Assembly (NCBI GenBank): GCA_900540785.1
Contig: UQHF01000001.1
Location: forward strand, 12,464 to 76,463
Length of the DNA: 64,000 nucleotides
Direction of reading: 5' to 3'
Origin: an uncultured Blautia sp.
Lineage (GTDB): Bacteria; Bacillota; Clostridia; Lachnospirales; Lachnospiraceae
Shown: piece by piece, positions 56,822 to 64,000 of the stretch
How positions within the stretch are numbered: position 1 is the stretch's first letter
How the letters are laid out: each line of letters opens with the position of its first letter
The notes under the pieces: model-generated
The model's input: only the letters and a program-made list of their open reading frames with translations
Databases searched by the model: none
What the model was told of the DNA's origin: nothing
Made by a program: the position numbers and the translations under genes

Positions 56822-57751
56822 ATGAACGAAAAAATCGTAGTAGTTGCACTTGGCCATAGAGCTCTGGGAACCACCCTTCCAGAGCAGAAAGAAGCCACAA
56901 GAGCTGCTGCAAAGGCAGTTGCAGATTTAGTTGAAGAAGGCGCAAAGGTTGTCATCTCCCACAGCAATGGTCCGCAGGTAGGAATGATCCACACAGCTAT
57001 GAATGAGTTCGGAAAAGCGCACCCGGATTATACATTCGCGCCCATGTCCGTATGTTCTGCCATGAGTCAGGGTTATATCGGATACGACCTTCAAAATTCC
57101 ATACGCGCAGAGCTTCTCTCAAGAGGCATTTATAAGCCTGTAAGCACAGTTCTCACACAGGTTGTGATCGATCCGTACGACGATGCTTTTGCAGAACCGG
57201 AGAAAATCATCGGACGTGTTTTAAATGAGGAAGAGGCAGAAATTGAGGAAGAAAAAGGAAACTTTGTCACTCCATGCGAAGGCGGATACCGCAGGATCCT
57301 TGCAGCTCCAAGACCCCAGCGCATTGTGGAATTTGAGACAATCCGCACGCTTACAGATGCAGGGCAGGTAGTCATCGCAGCCGGTGGAGGAGGTATCCCT
57401 GTTCTGGAACAGGGCATTCAGCTTCACGGAGCAAGTGCTATTATTGAAAAAGATCTGGCAGCAGGGCTTATGGCAGAAGAATTAAATGCAGATACTTTGA
57501 TGATCCTCACAAGTGTGGAAAAGGTAAGCCTGAATCTCGGAAAAGACAATGAAGAATTTCTGGATACCATCTCCGTACAGCAGGCACAGGAATATATAGA
57601 GGCAAATCAGTTTGCACCGGGCTCCATGCTTCCGAAATTTGAAGCAGGAATTTCCTTCATCGAAAAAGGAGAGGGACGCCGTACTGTTATCACAGATATT
57701 GCTCATGCAAAAGACGGATACCTGGAAAAAACAGGAACCATCATAAAATAA
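56822..57751 (+). CDS. arcC: Carbamate kinase
   Basis: 309 aa with VVALGHRAL, SHSNGPQVG and a C-terminal amino-acid kinase fold. A ribosome-binding site AAGAGGT lies upstream. Confidence 0.9.
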   Translation: MNEKIVVVALGHRALGTTLPEQKEATRAAAKAVADLVEEGAKVVISHSNGPQVGMIHTAMNEFGKAHPDYTFAPMSVCSAMSQGYIGYDLQNSIRAELLSRGIYKPVSTVLTQVVIDPYDDAFAEPEKIIGRVLNEEEAEIEEEKGNFVTPCEGGYRRILAAPRPQRIVEFETIRTLTDAGQVVIAAGGGGIPVLEQGIQLHGASAIIEKDLAAGLMAEELNADTLMILTSVEKVSLNLGKDNEEFLDTISVQQAQEYIEANQFAPGSMLPKFEAGISFIEKGEGRRTVITDIAHAKDGYLEKTGTIIK

Positions 57752-57784
57752 GCTGCTTCAAAAACAGTTGCTTCTTAATATATA

Positions 57785-57830
57785 ATAACAGACAGAAAAA
57801 GACGGGATAGGCATACAAGTTGATATGCTT
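57785..57830. terminator. Bidirectional terminator AAAAAGACGGGA-N22-TCCCGTCTTTTT
   Basis: Perfect 12 bp stem with A/T flanks. It lies between the convergent arcC and nrdD genes. Confidence 0.7.
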
Positions 57831-57852
57831 CCCGTCTTTTTAGTTACTATAT

Positions 57853-59988
57853 TTACATAGATTTTCTCTCTGCTATCTCTGCCATTTTCGCCTCATTCAG
57901 ACGGGTATCACCATGAACCCGGCTGTAGGAAAGGTATCCGTTCATACGGTCAATTTTTGTAAGATTGCTGGAACCGCATACAGGGCATACATCCATCTCA
58001 AGCTCCTCATGTCCGCAGTCGTCGCAGTATGCAAGAGAAAGATTCACTCCCTCATAATATCCAAGAGCCATTGCTCTTCGGATAAGGGTACGGATCGCCT
58101 CTCTGTTATAGCTGATTGGATAACGCACATACTGGATTTTTCCTCCGTTGCAAAGCTCCCAGAAACGTCCCTCCAGATCCTGTTTTTCAATAGGAGTCAC
58201 GTCCTCTGTCACATGGCAGTGGAAGCTGTTGCTTACATACGGACGGTCGGAGACGCCCTCCACAATGCCGTACATCTTGCGGAACTGCTCTACCTGAAGA
58301 CCGCAGAGGCTCTCTGCCGGTGTTCCGTAAATCGCGTAAAGATAGCCGTCCTCTTTCTTAAACTGGTTGACTTTATCGTTGATATAGCGAAGAACCTCCA
58401 GCGCAAACTCTCCGTCCTCTGTAATGGATTTTCCATTATAAAGCTCCTGCAGTTCGTTTAAAGCTGTAATTCCGAAAGAAGCTGTCATTGGCTTTAAAAT
58501 CTTTCCGATTTTTTCGTGAGGTTTTAAATGACCGCCGTAAAATCCACCCTCACAATATGCAAGAGGATTTGTGGAAGCGCGCATCTGTCCCAGATATTCA
58601 TAAGTCCGGATATGAAGGCTTCGGATCATCTCCAGGTAAAAATCAAGAACTTCATAAAAATCACGGTTTTCTGCACGGGCTTTCGCGAGGATCATGGGAA
58701 GATGAAGACTCACAGCTCCCACGTTAAATCTTCCTACAAAAACAGGAACATCGTTCTCATCTGCCGGCTCCATGCCTCCCCGCTCATACCAGGGGCTTAA
58801 AAATGCACGACAGCCCATCGGACTGATTACCTTTTTATATTTTTTGTACATGCTGGAAATATAGCCCTCGCCTGACATGGAAAGCCAGTCCGGATACATG
58901 GTTTTTGCAGAACAATCTACTCCAACTTCGAATACATCCTCACAGCATTTTCCTTTTCCGTGAATATTTTCATCATATAAAAATACAATTTTCGGGAAAA
59001 GAACCGGCTTCTTTCTTCCTTCCTTACCCTGTCCGCCCTGATGCACCTGCAGAAGAGAAATGCTGCACATTTTCTCAAACTGTTCTGTTCCAAGACCGAG
59101 CGTCACAGTAACAAACGGATAATCGCCTCTGGAAGAACCGACTGTATTTAATTTATACTCAATTCCCTGCCAGCCCTGGTCATAATCACGGCGAACCTTA
59201 TCAAGGGCATATTCAATGGCTTTCTCTTCTCTTCCGCTCCAGCTTTCATCGGAATATTTCATAAATTCCTGAATATATCTGTTGTAGCTTTTCTGCGCAT
59301 AAGGAGCCAGGATCTTGTCTACCTCAGGAACTGTAAAACCGCCGTACTGCTGGGCTGCCGTACTTAAAATAATATCGCCCATAACATCAAAAGCAGTATC
59401 CAGGGTTTTCGGCTCGTTGTACCACACATTTCCCATCTCGAATCCGCCGCTCAAAACAGAAGCCACATCAAAAAGACAGCAGTTCATCGTATCAAGACGG
59501 GCAGACTGATCATGGATATAAATATAACCGTCTTTACATGCCTGAAGCTCGTTCCGGTTCATAAAAAACTTCCGGTAAAGCTCTTTATTCAGTTCATTAA
59601 AAATCAGACTCCTCTTTGTGGCAACAAGGGCGCTGTCCGTATTGGCATTGCTCTTGTCCCCAATATAGCGGATTGCCTGACTTTTTGTATACACATCGTC
59701 CATCATATGGATAAAATCAAGCTTATAATTCCGGTAATCCCGATAACTTTTTGCAACAGCAGGATTTACACGCTCAAGAGCTCCCTCTACGATATTGTGC
59801 ATTTCCTGGATCTGGATCTCGTTTTTTCCAAGAGAATCTGCGTGCTCCTGTGCAAAACGGCAGATAAAATCTTTCTCCTCGTCAGAAAATGTATAAAGTA
59901 TACGCGCAGCGGATTTATTTACTGCTGCCACGATTTTCAGAGGATTGAACTCCTCTTTCGTCCCATCTTTCTTAATCACATAAATCAT
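57853..59988 (-). CDS. nrdD: Anaerobic ribonucleoside-triphosphate reductase (class III)
   Basis: It has an ATP-cone N-terminus (MIYVIKKDGTKEEFNPLKIVAAVNKSA), a C-terminal zinc ribbon (CDDCGHE...CPVCGSS) and a glycyl-radical region. The printed ORF starts at a TTG 14 codons upstream; ATG at 59988 has a GGGAGA ribosome-binding site and is the more likely start. Confidence 0.9.
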   Translation of the reverse strand: MIYVIKKDGTKEEFNPLKIVAAVNKSAARILYTFSDEEKDFICRFAQEHADSLGKNEIQIQEMHNIVEGALERVNPAVAKSYRDYRNYKLDFIHMMDDVYTKSQAIRYIGDKSNANTDSALVATKRSLIFNELNKELYRKFFMNRNELQACKDGYIYIHDQSARLDTMNCCLFDVASVLSGGFEMGNVWYNEPKTLDTAFDVMGDIILSTAAQQYGGFTVPEVDKILAPYAQKSYNRYIQEFMKYSDESWSGREEKAIEYALDKVRRDYDQGWQGIEYKLNTVGSSRGDYPFVTVTLGLGTEQFEKMCSISLLQVHQGGQGKEGRKKPVLFPKIVFLYDENIHGKGKCCEDVFEVGVDCSAKTMYPDWLSMSGEGYISSMYKKYKKVISPMGCRAFLSPWYERGGMEPADENDVPVFVGRFNVGAVSLHLPMILAKARAENRDFYEVLDFYLEMIRSLHIRTYEYLGQMRASTNPLAYCEGGFYGGHLKPHEKIGKILKPMTASFGITALNELQELYNGKSITEDGEFALEVLRYINDKVNQFKKEDGYLYAIYGTPAESLCGLQVEQFRKMYGIVEGVSDRPYVSNSFHCHVTEDVTPIEKQDLEGRFWELCNGGKIQYVRYPISYNREAIRTLIRRAMALGYYEGVNLSLAYCDDCGHEELEMDVCPVCGSSNLTKIDRMNGYLSYSRVHGDTRLNEAKMAEIAERKSM

Positions 59989-60045
59989 ACCATTTTTCTC
60001 CCAATTACCATATCTAGTTATATTTTTCAATTTTTTTCTTCATCT

Positions 60046-60060
60046 CACCCATATATGGTG
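60046..60060. promoter_or_regulatory. NrdR-box-like near-palindrome CACCCATATATGGTG upstream of nrdD
   Basis: The CCATATATGG core is palindromic and resembles the established NrdR box consensus acaCwAtATaTwGtgt. It sits just downstream of a TATACT -10-like element in the minus sense. A second box is not convincing. Confidence 0.3.
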
Positions 60061-60110
60061 CTTACAAGAGTATAGCATAACCATCTGAAAAAGGGAAGGG
60101 GCAAAATTGT

Positions 60111-61325
60111 CTATTTCCTGTACATTCTTTTCAGCACAGGCAGAAGAAGTGCACAAAACGCGGAATACACAAGAAAAAGTAAAAAAATCCCATCAAGAAC
60201 TTTTCCTCCGATTTCATACAAAGTAAAATTTGCCGTTCCCTGTGCAAGCTGCAAAAGCCTGTCCGGAAGAAGGCCCAGAATCTCTGTCACTGCCCGATTA
60301 TTAATATTTGACAAAAAGGAAGGCAGGAATACCAGAACAAAAGGCAGTATCACTGCCGCTGCCGAAGACTTTGTTTTTCCGGATACCAGCATAGTCAAAA
60401 ACGAAATAAACAGACAGCCCAGGTATCCTCCAACTGCGCAAAGAACGTACTTTTCCATATTTGTCATTTCATAGAAGCTTTTCCAGTCAGAAGAATTTGC
60501 CTGAATGGGGCAAAACGCTCCGTCCGCACCAAGATAAAGAAGAACTGCTCCCGTATATAAAAGCACTGTGCACCAGTATATGCCCGTAACAATATAAAAA
60601 CAAGCCTTGACTTTTGCGGAAACTGCCTTATTCTTTCCGTAAAGAGATGAAAACAGAATACTGTCTGCTTTCCACTGAAATTCTCTTGCAAAAATCCCCG
60701 AAACCAGGTATCCAAGCACAAGCATGAGAATCATAAGAATTGTTGGAAAATAAAGAAAAAGCTGCTTCCAACCCTCCACATAATCGTAAAAAAATGGGGT
60801 TTGAAGGTTTTCGTACTTCTTTATCAGATATTCCTTCTCTGTTTCTGAAAAAAGCTCCTTTCCCTCTCCTGAAAGCCAGTTTTCCAAAAGACTAATCCTG
60901 TTTTCATAAAATTCAGACGCATCTTCCGGCTTTAAGCTGTCTGCTCTGAAATAATTATAATCCCGAAAGTCTTCTGCATATGCATAATTTAAAAGATTTC
61001 TGATTTCCAGAAAGCCCTGCTTTTTATGAAACGCCTTATCGTTTTCCTGAAAATCATCAGACTGTGCCTCCGGAGTCTGCGAGATTTTATTATTTTCTGC
61101 AATGACTTTTTGGATTGTCTCCTCATCGAGAAAGCCTGCCCACTCTTTTTGCTCTTCCCTTAATTTTTTTACTGCACCAAATCCCTTTTCTGTTTCTCCT
61201 TCTTCATTTACGTAAGAAATATTTCCCGCAAAAAAACAGACAACACACAAAAGCACAACAAGAAGAGCCACTGCGATCTGATTTCCTCTTCTTAAAAACA
61301 CTTTCTTTATCTCAAATTTCACCAT
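60111..61325 (-). CDS. ABC transporter permease (ABC-2 type, with a large extracytoplasmic loop)
   Basis: About 404 aa. The first transmembrane segment is followed by an extracellular domain of about 170 aa and then 5 transmembrane segments. It overlaps the ATPase gene. Confidence 0.7.
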   Translation of the reverse strand: MVKFEIKKVFLRRGNQIAVALLVVLLCVVCFFAGNISYVNEEGETEKGFGAVKKLREEQKEWAGFLDEETIQKVIAENNKISQTPEAQSDDFQENDKAFHKKQGFLEIRNLLNYAYAEDFRDYNYFRADSLKPEDASEFYENRISLLENWLSGEGKELFSETEKEYLIKKYENLQTPFFYDYVEGWKQLFLYFPTILMILMLVLGYLVSGIFAREFQWKADSILFSSLYGKNKAVSAKVKACFYIVTGIYWCTVLLYTGAVLLYLGADGAFCPIQANSSDWKSFYEMTNMEKYVLCAVGGYLGCLFISFLTMLVSGKTKSSAAAVILPFVLVFLPSFLSNINNRAVTEILGLLPDRLLQLAQGTANFTLYEIGGKVLDGIFLLFLVYSAFCALLLPVLKRMYRK

Positions 61326-62199
61326 CTTCCTCACCTGCCCTTCTTCCAAAGTAATAGAGAAATACATCTTCCAGATTTGCTGTTACCAAAGCGGCATCTT
61401 CCCGGGGCTTTTCCTCTGAAAGAACACGAAGTTTTATTCTTCCCTCTGCACGCCTGATATTGGAAATCTTATAATTTTCCATAAAAACCTCCACTTCTTT
61501 TCCGTTTACTGTACACTCCCACACGCCTGCCGGAAGACAGGAGGTCAGTTCCTCCACAGTCCCTGTCTTTGTGATCTCTCCCTCCTTCATAAGAAAAACA
61601 GAATCTGCAATATACTCTATATCCGACACAATATGCGTAGATAAAAGTACAAGGCGATTTTGGGAAAGCTCGCTTAACAGACTTCGAAAGCGGATCCGCT
61701 CGTTGGGGTCAAGACCTGCCGTAGGCTCGTCCAGGATCAGGATCTTAGGATCATTTAACATTGCCTGGGCGATTCCCACTCTTCTTTTCATTCCCCCGGA
61801 AAGGCGCTTCATCTTTTTGCCTTTTTCCCTGGAAAGCCCCACCTGTTTTATCAAAAGCTCCGCCCGTTTTTTTGCCACAGCCGGTCGTAATCCTTTGACC
61901 GAGCTGATATAAAGAAGATAGTCCCACACTGTAAAATCAGGATAATATCCAAACTCCTGCGGAAGATACCCGAGAAGCTTTCGGTACTCCCCCTCCATCG
62001 AAAAAATATCTTTTCCATTATATGTGATTTTTCCTTCTGTAGGGGAAAGAAGGGTGCAAAGCATTCGCATCATGGTTGTTTTTCCCGAACCATTGATTCC
62101 AAGAAGCCCATAAATCCCCTCTTTCATCACGCAGGATACATGGCTTACCGCATTTGTACTCTGAAAACTCTTTGAAACATTTTCCATTTTTAATTCCAT
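61312..62199 (-). CDS. ABC transporter ATP-binding protein
   Basis: Walker A GINGSGKTT, signature LSGGMKRR and Walker B ILILDEP. The start is set at MELKMENV, which has a GGAGG ribosome-binding site. Confidence 0.85.
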   Translation of the reverse strand: MELKMENVSKSFQSTNAVSHVSCVMKEGIYGLLGINGSGKTTMMRMLCTLLSPTEGKITYNGKDIFSMEGEYRKLLGYLPQEFGYYPDFTVWDYLLYISSVKGLRPAVAKKRAELLIKQVGLSREKGKKMKRLSGGMKRRVGIAQAMLNDPKILILDEPTAGLDPNERIRFRSLLSELSQNRLVLLSTHIVSDIEYIADSVFLMKEGEITKTGTVEELTSCLPAGVWECTVNGKEVEVFMENYKISNIRRAEGRIKLRVLSEEKPREDAALVTANLEDVFLYYFGRRAGEEDGEI

Positions 62200-62951
62200 A
62201 ACATCTGAACCTCCCACATTTGTCTCCATTTTTTCTGCCCTCTGCTTACGCAGTAAAAAAGATACAGAGCAGAGCTTATAAAAATCAATGCCCACACCGG
62301 TTTTGTCACTGCCTCATAAATATGTTCCTGACAGAGGAACAAAAGCCATACAGCGTCCCACATCATACAGAGAAAAACAGAAAATACTTCCGAACCTGTC
62401 TTTCTGCTGTATAAGGTTCCAAAACAAATACAACAGCTTATATTAAAAGGAATGAAAAACTGCACCACTGCCTCCCATAAGGTAATCCTCCCGGAAAAAG
62501 AAGTGGCTGCGAAAAAAATCCCGAGAATAAAACCGTCCGTCAGAGCAAACGCCATAATCCTTGCCGCATACATCTGTCGAAGCGTGTAAAACGTCGTTCC
62601 CTCAATTTCCATTGCTCCTGTATTGCGGTTTTTCCAGAGTTCGGGCATAATCAGAACAGCAAAAAGAGAGGCTGCCATTCCCATTCCTTTTTTTACATAC
62701 GCACCGCTCTCTGTACATACAAGAATCCACCAAAGCCCCAGAAGAACGGCTGCCTGTAAAATCCACCATCTTTTCTGAATATATCTGCTCTGCTCATAAA
62801 TAAATTCAGGAAACGAGGCGTCTCTCTCCTGCTCTCCTTCATAAAACGCATTCTTTGCAGCCTCAATAGCTCTGTTTTCTTTTTCCCCGCTTACCTGCAC
62901 CTCTTTTCTCTTTGCAATATGATCTCTTATTTCCCGTTCATCTCTTCTCAC
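62190..62951 (-). CDS. Polytopic membrane protein, probably the anti-sigma factor of the adjacent ECF sigma (no zinc-finger ASD motif)
   Basis: 253 aa. A charged N-terminal segment of about 60 aa is followed by 5-6 transmembrane helices. It overlaps the sigma gene stop by 14 nt. Confidence 0.45.
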   Translation of the reverse strand: MRRDEREIRDHIAKRKEVQVSGEKENRAIEAAKNAFYEGEQERDASFPEFIYEQSRYIQKRWWILQAAVLLGLWWILVCTESGAYVKKGMGMAASLFAVLIMPELWKNRNTGAMEIEGTTFYTLRQMYAARIMAFALTDGFILGIFFAATSFSGRITLWEAVVQFFIPFNISCCICFGTLYSRKTGSEVFSVFLCMMWDAVWLLFLCQEHIYEAVTKPVWALIFISSALYLFYCVSRGQKKWRQMWEVQMLWN

Positions 62952-63465
62952 GGTTTTCCCCTCCTTTCAGCTCCTTTATAAGCAGCTCTCTCACACGCCG
63001 GATCCTATATTTTACAAGTGAAAGACTGATTCCTGTAATTTTCGCAATCTCTTTTTGCTTTCTCTCCTGAACAAAATATAAAATCGCCGTTTCCTGAAGC
63101 TCCTCCGGAAGACTTTTTAAAATCCTGCTTATATCCATAATCTCCTCAAGTCCTTCCATACATTTCCCTTCTGTTTCCGGCAGCTCTGCCATTACCACTT
63201 CTTTTTTTCTGCGAAAATAATCCTTACACACATTTCCTGCGATCACATAAAGATAATTTCCCGCTTTCCCATAATGGCGGTATTTTTCAAACGTGCGGAA
63301 AAACCGCTCGAATGTCTCCTGTGCTGCGTCCTCCCCGTCTTCCCTGTTACAAATATGAAGACAACAATACCGCAAAATTGCAGGATAATACTTTTTTACG
63401 AAAGCTTCTACTGCTGCTTCGTCACCTGTTCTCATTTTCTGTATCAGGCTGAAATCTCTGTCCAT
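62938..63465 (-). CDS. ECF-type RNA polymerase sigma-70 factor
   Basis: 175 aa with region 2 (DAAQETFERFF) and region 4 (KEIAKITGISLSLVKYRIRRVRELL). Confidence 0.85.
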   Translation of the reverse strand: MDRDFSLIQKMRTGDEAAVEAFVKKYYPAILRYCCLHICNREDGEDAAQETFERFFRTFEKYRHYGKAGNYLYVIAGNVCKDYFRRKKEVVMAELPETEGKCMEGLEEIMDISRILKSLPEELQETAILYFVQERKQKEIAKITGISLSLVKYRIRRVRELLIKELKGGENREKR

Positions 63466-63609
63466 TTTTCTGCTCCTGCCTCATTTCTCTGACTGCTCTA
63501 AACCATAGTTTGCTTTTTCTCTCATGCCTTTACCTATTATAACGGTCTAAAAGTCAAAAAAGACAGGACAAACCTTGATTTTTTCGTATAATTTTTTTCC
63601 TGCAAAAAA

Positions 63610-63638
63610 TTGTCACAGACAAACTTTCCTGATATAAT
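63610..63638 (+). promoter_or_regulatory. Sigma-A promoter TTGTCA-17-TATAAT upstream of asnA
   Basis: Hexamers and a 17 bp spacer, read directly from the sequence. It lies 34 bp upstream of the asnA ATG, which has an AGGAGGG ribosome-binding site. Confidence 0.55.
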
Positions 63639-63671
63639 AAAAGCTAATTATTTTTATGAGGAGGGCTTACT

Positions 63672-64000
63672 ATGGAACAGATGAAAATCCCCGCCGGTTA
63701 TCAGACAGACTTAAATCTTCACGATACCCAGGTGGCAATCAAGACAGTTAAAGACTTTTTTCAGCAAACTCTGGCACAGAAATTAAATTTACTTCGTGTA
63801 TCTGCGCCTATTTTTGTAAATCCTGCATCAGGTCTGAACGATAATCTAAATGGGATAGAACGCCCTGTAAGCTTCGACATGAAAGGCCAGACAGATTGTG
63901 CGGAAATTGTTCATTCCCTTGCAAAATGGAAGCGCTACGCGCTGAAACGGTACGGTTTTTCTCAGGGAGAAGGACTTTACACAGATATGGTCGCTATTCG
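63672..64000 (+). CDS. asnA: Aspartate--ammonia ligase (asparagine synthetase A), 5-prime partial; the gene continues beyond the window
   Basis: It has VSAPIFV...[11 protein letters not shown]......[31 protein letters not shown], which closely matches the AsnA N-terminus. Confidence 0.85.
   Translation, partial: MEQMKIPAGYQTDLNLHDTQVAIKTVKDFFQQTLAQKLNLLRVSAPIFVNPASGLNDNLNGIERPVSFDMKGQTDCAEIVHSLAKWKRYALKRYGFSQGEGLYTDMVAI

Noticed and set aside
56644-56994. 116 aa minus-strand ORF overlapping the arcC start
   Set aside because: It overlaps a high-confidence gene and an intergenic hairpin and has no recognisable features, so it is probably spurious.
59989-60030. Second NrdR box (ACCATATCTAGTTATAT) upstream of nrdD
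   Set aside because: It is not palindromic and matches the NrdR consensus poorly. Its spacing to the better box (about 38 bp) is atypical.
1-64000. CRISPR arrays, tRNA or rRNA genes, and IS or transposase elements
   Set aside because: No direct-repeat/spacer periodicity, no tRNA-like cloverleaf candidates in the intergenic regions, and no transposase-like ORFs were seen. The only mobile-looking segment is the restriction-modification island, which lacks flanking repeats.

Overview
This 64 kb window looks like a chromosomal segment from a Clostridia-type Firmicute (low-GC Gram-positive), with dense coding on both strands and no rRNA, tRNA, CRISPR or IS elements that I could see. I identified genes by recognising their translated proteins directly (motif recognition by eye); nothing was searched. 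Coordinates for the hairpins and promoters were hand-counted from the printed sequence.

In order along the window:
- 1-7.5 kb: a carbohydrate-utilisation locus. It carries xylulokinase, an L-fucose-isomerase-family isomerase, a small DUF4867-like protein, an AraC regulator, a DUF2264 protein and a GH88 (glycoside hydrolase family 88) unsaturated glucuronyl hydrolase.
- 7.7-17 kb: mixed housekeeping and conserved-unknown genes. These are DUF2284, a MATE (multidrug and toxin extrusion) efflux pump, DUF1836, a YerC-type (TrpR-like) protein, a PHP phosphoesterase, a translationally coupled DUF3990/DUF3791-like pair, YesL, a TIGR01212 radical SAM protein, DUF4364, RarA and a polysaccharide deacetylase.
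- 17-20.3 kb: the infC-rpmI-rplT operon with an L20-type attenuator leader, a sodium-dependent (NSS/SNF-family) transporter and a DUF1540 protein.
- 20.4-33.9 kb: a division/cell-wall (dcw) cluster on the minus strand, mraZ-rsmH-ftsL-PBP-PBP-mraY-murD-ftsW-murA-divIB-ftsZ. Two tandem class B PBPs are present, ftsA is absent, and murE sits elsewhere.
- 34.2-39.4 kb: ktrB/ktrA potassium uptake genes, an orphan KdpE-like response regulator, lgt with a C-terminal extension, and ychF.
- 39.5-41.6 kb: a low-GC two-gene insertion that looks like a Type II restriction-modification system (DNA methyltransferase plus putative endonuclease).
- 41.7-55.2 kb: the conserved Firmicute block thiN-rpe-rsgA-prkC-stp-rlmN-rsmB-Zn peptidase-fmt-def-priA, followed by murE.
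- 55.3-64 kb: a sortase-anchored surface protein, an orphan carbamate kinase, nrdD, an ECF sigma/membrane protein/ABC-transporter module, and the start of asnA.

The most likely candidates for undescribed biology are the DUF3990/DUF3791-like coupled pair, the restriction-modification island with an unclassifiable endonuclease, and the xylulokinase/isomerase/DUF4867 operon. Several regulatory structures are also worth a look: MraZ operator repeats, the L20 leader terminator, a palindrome straddling the GH88 start codon, and a hairpin between the two PBPs.
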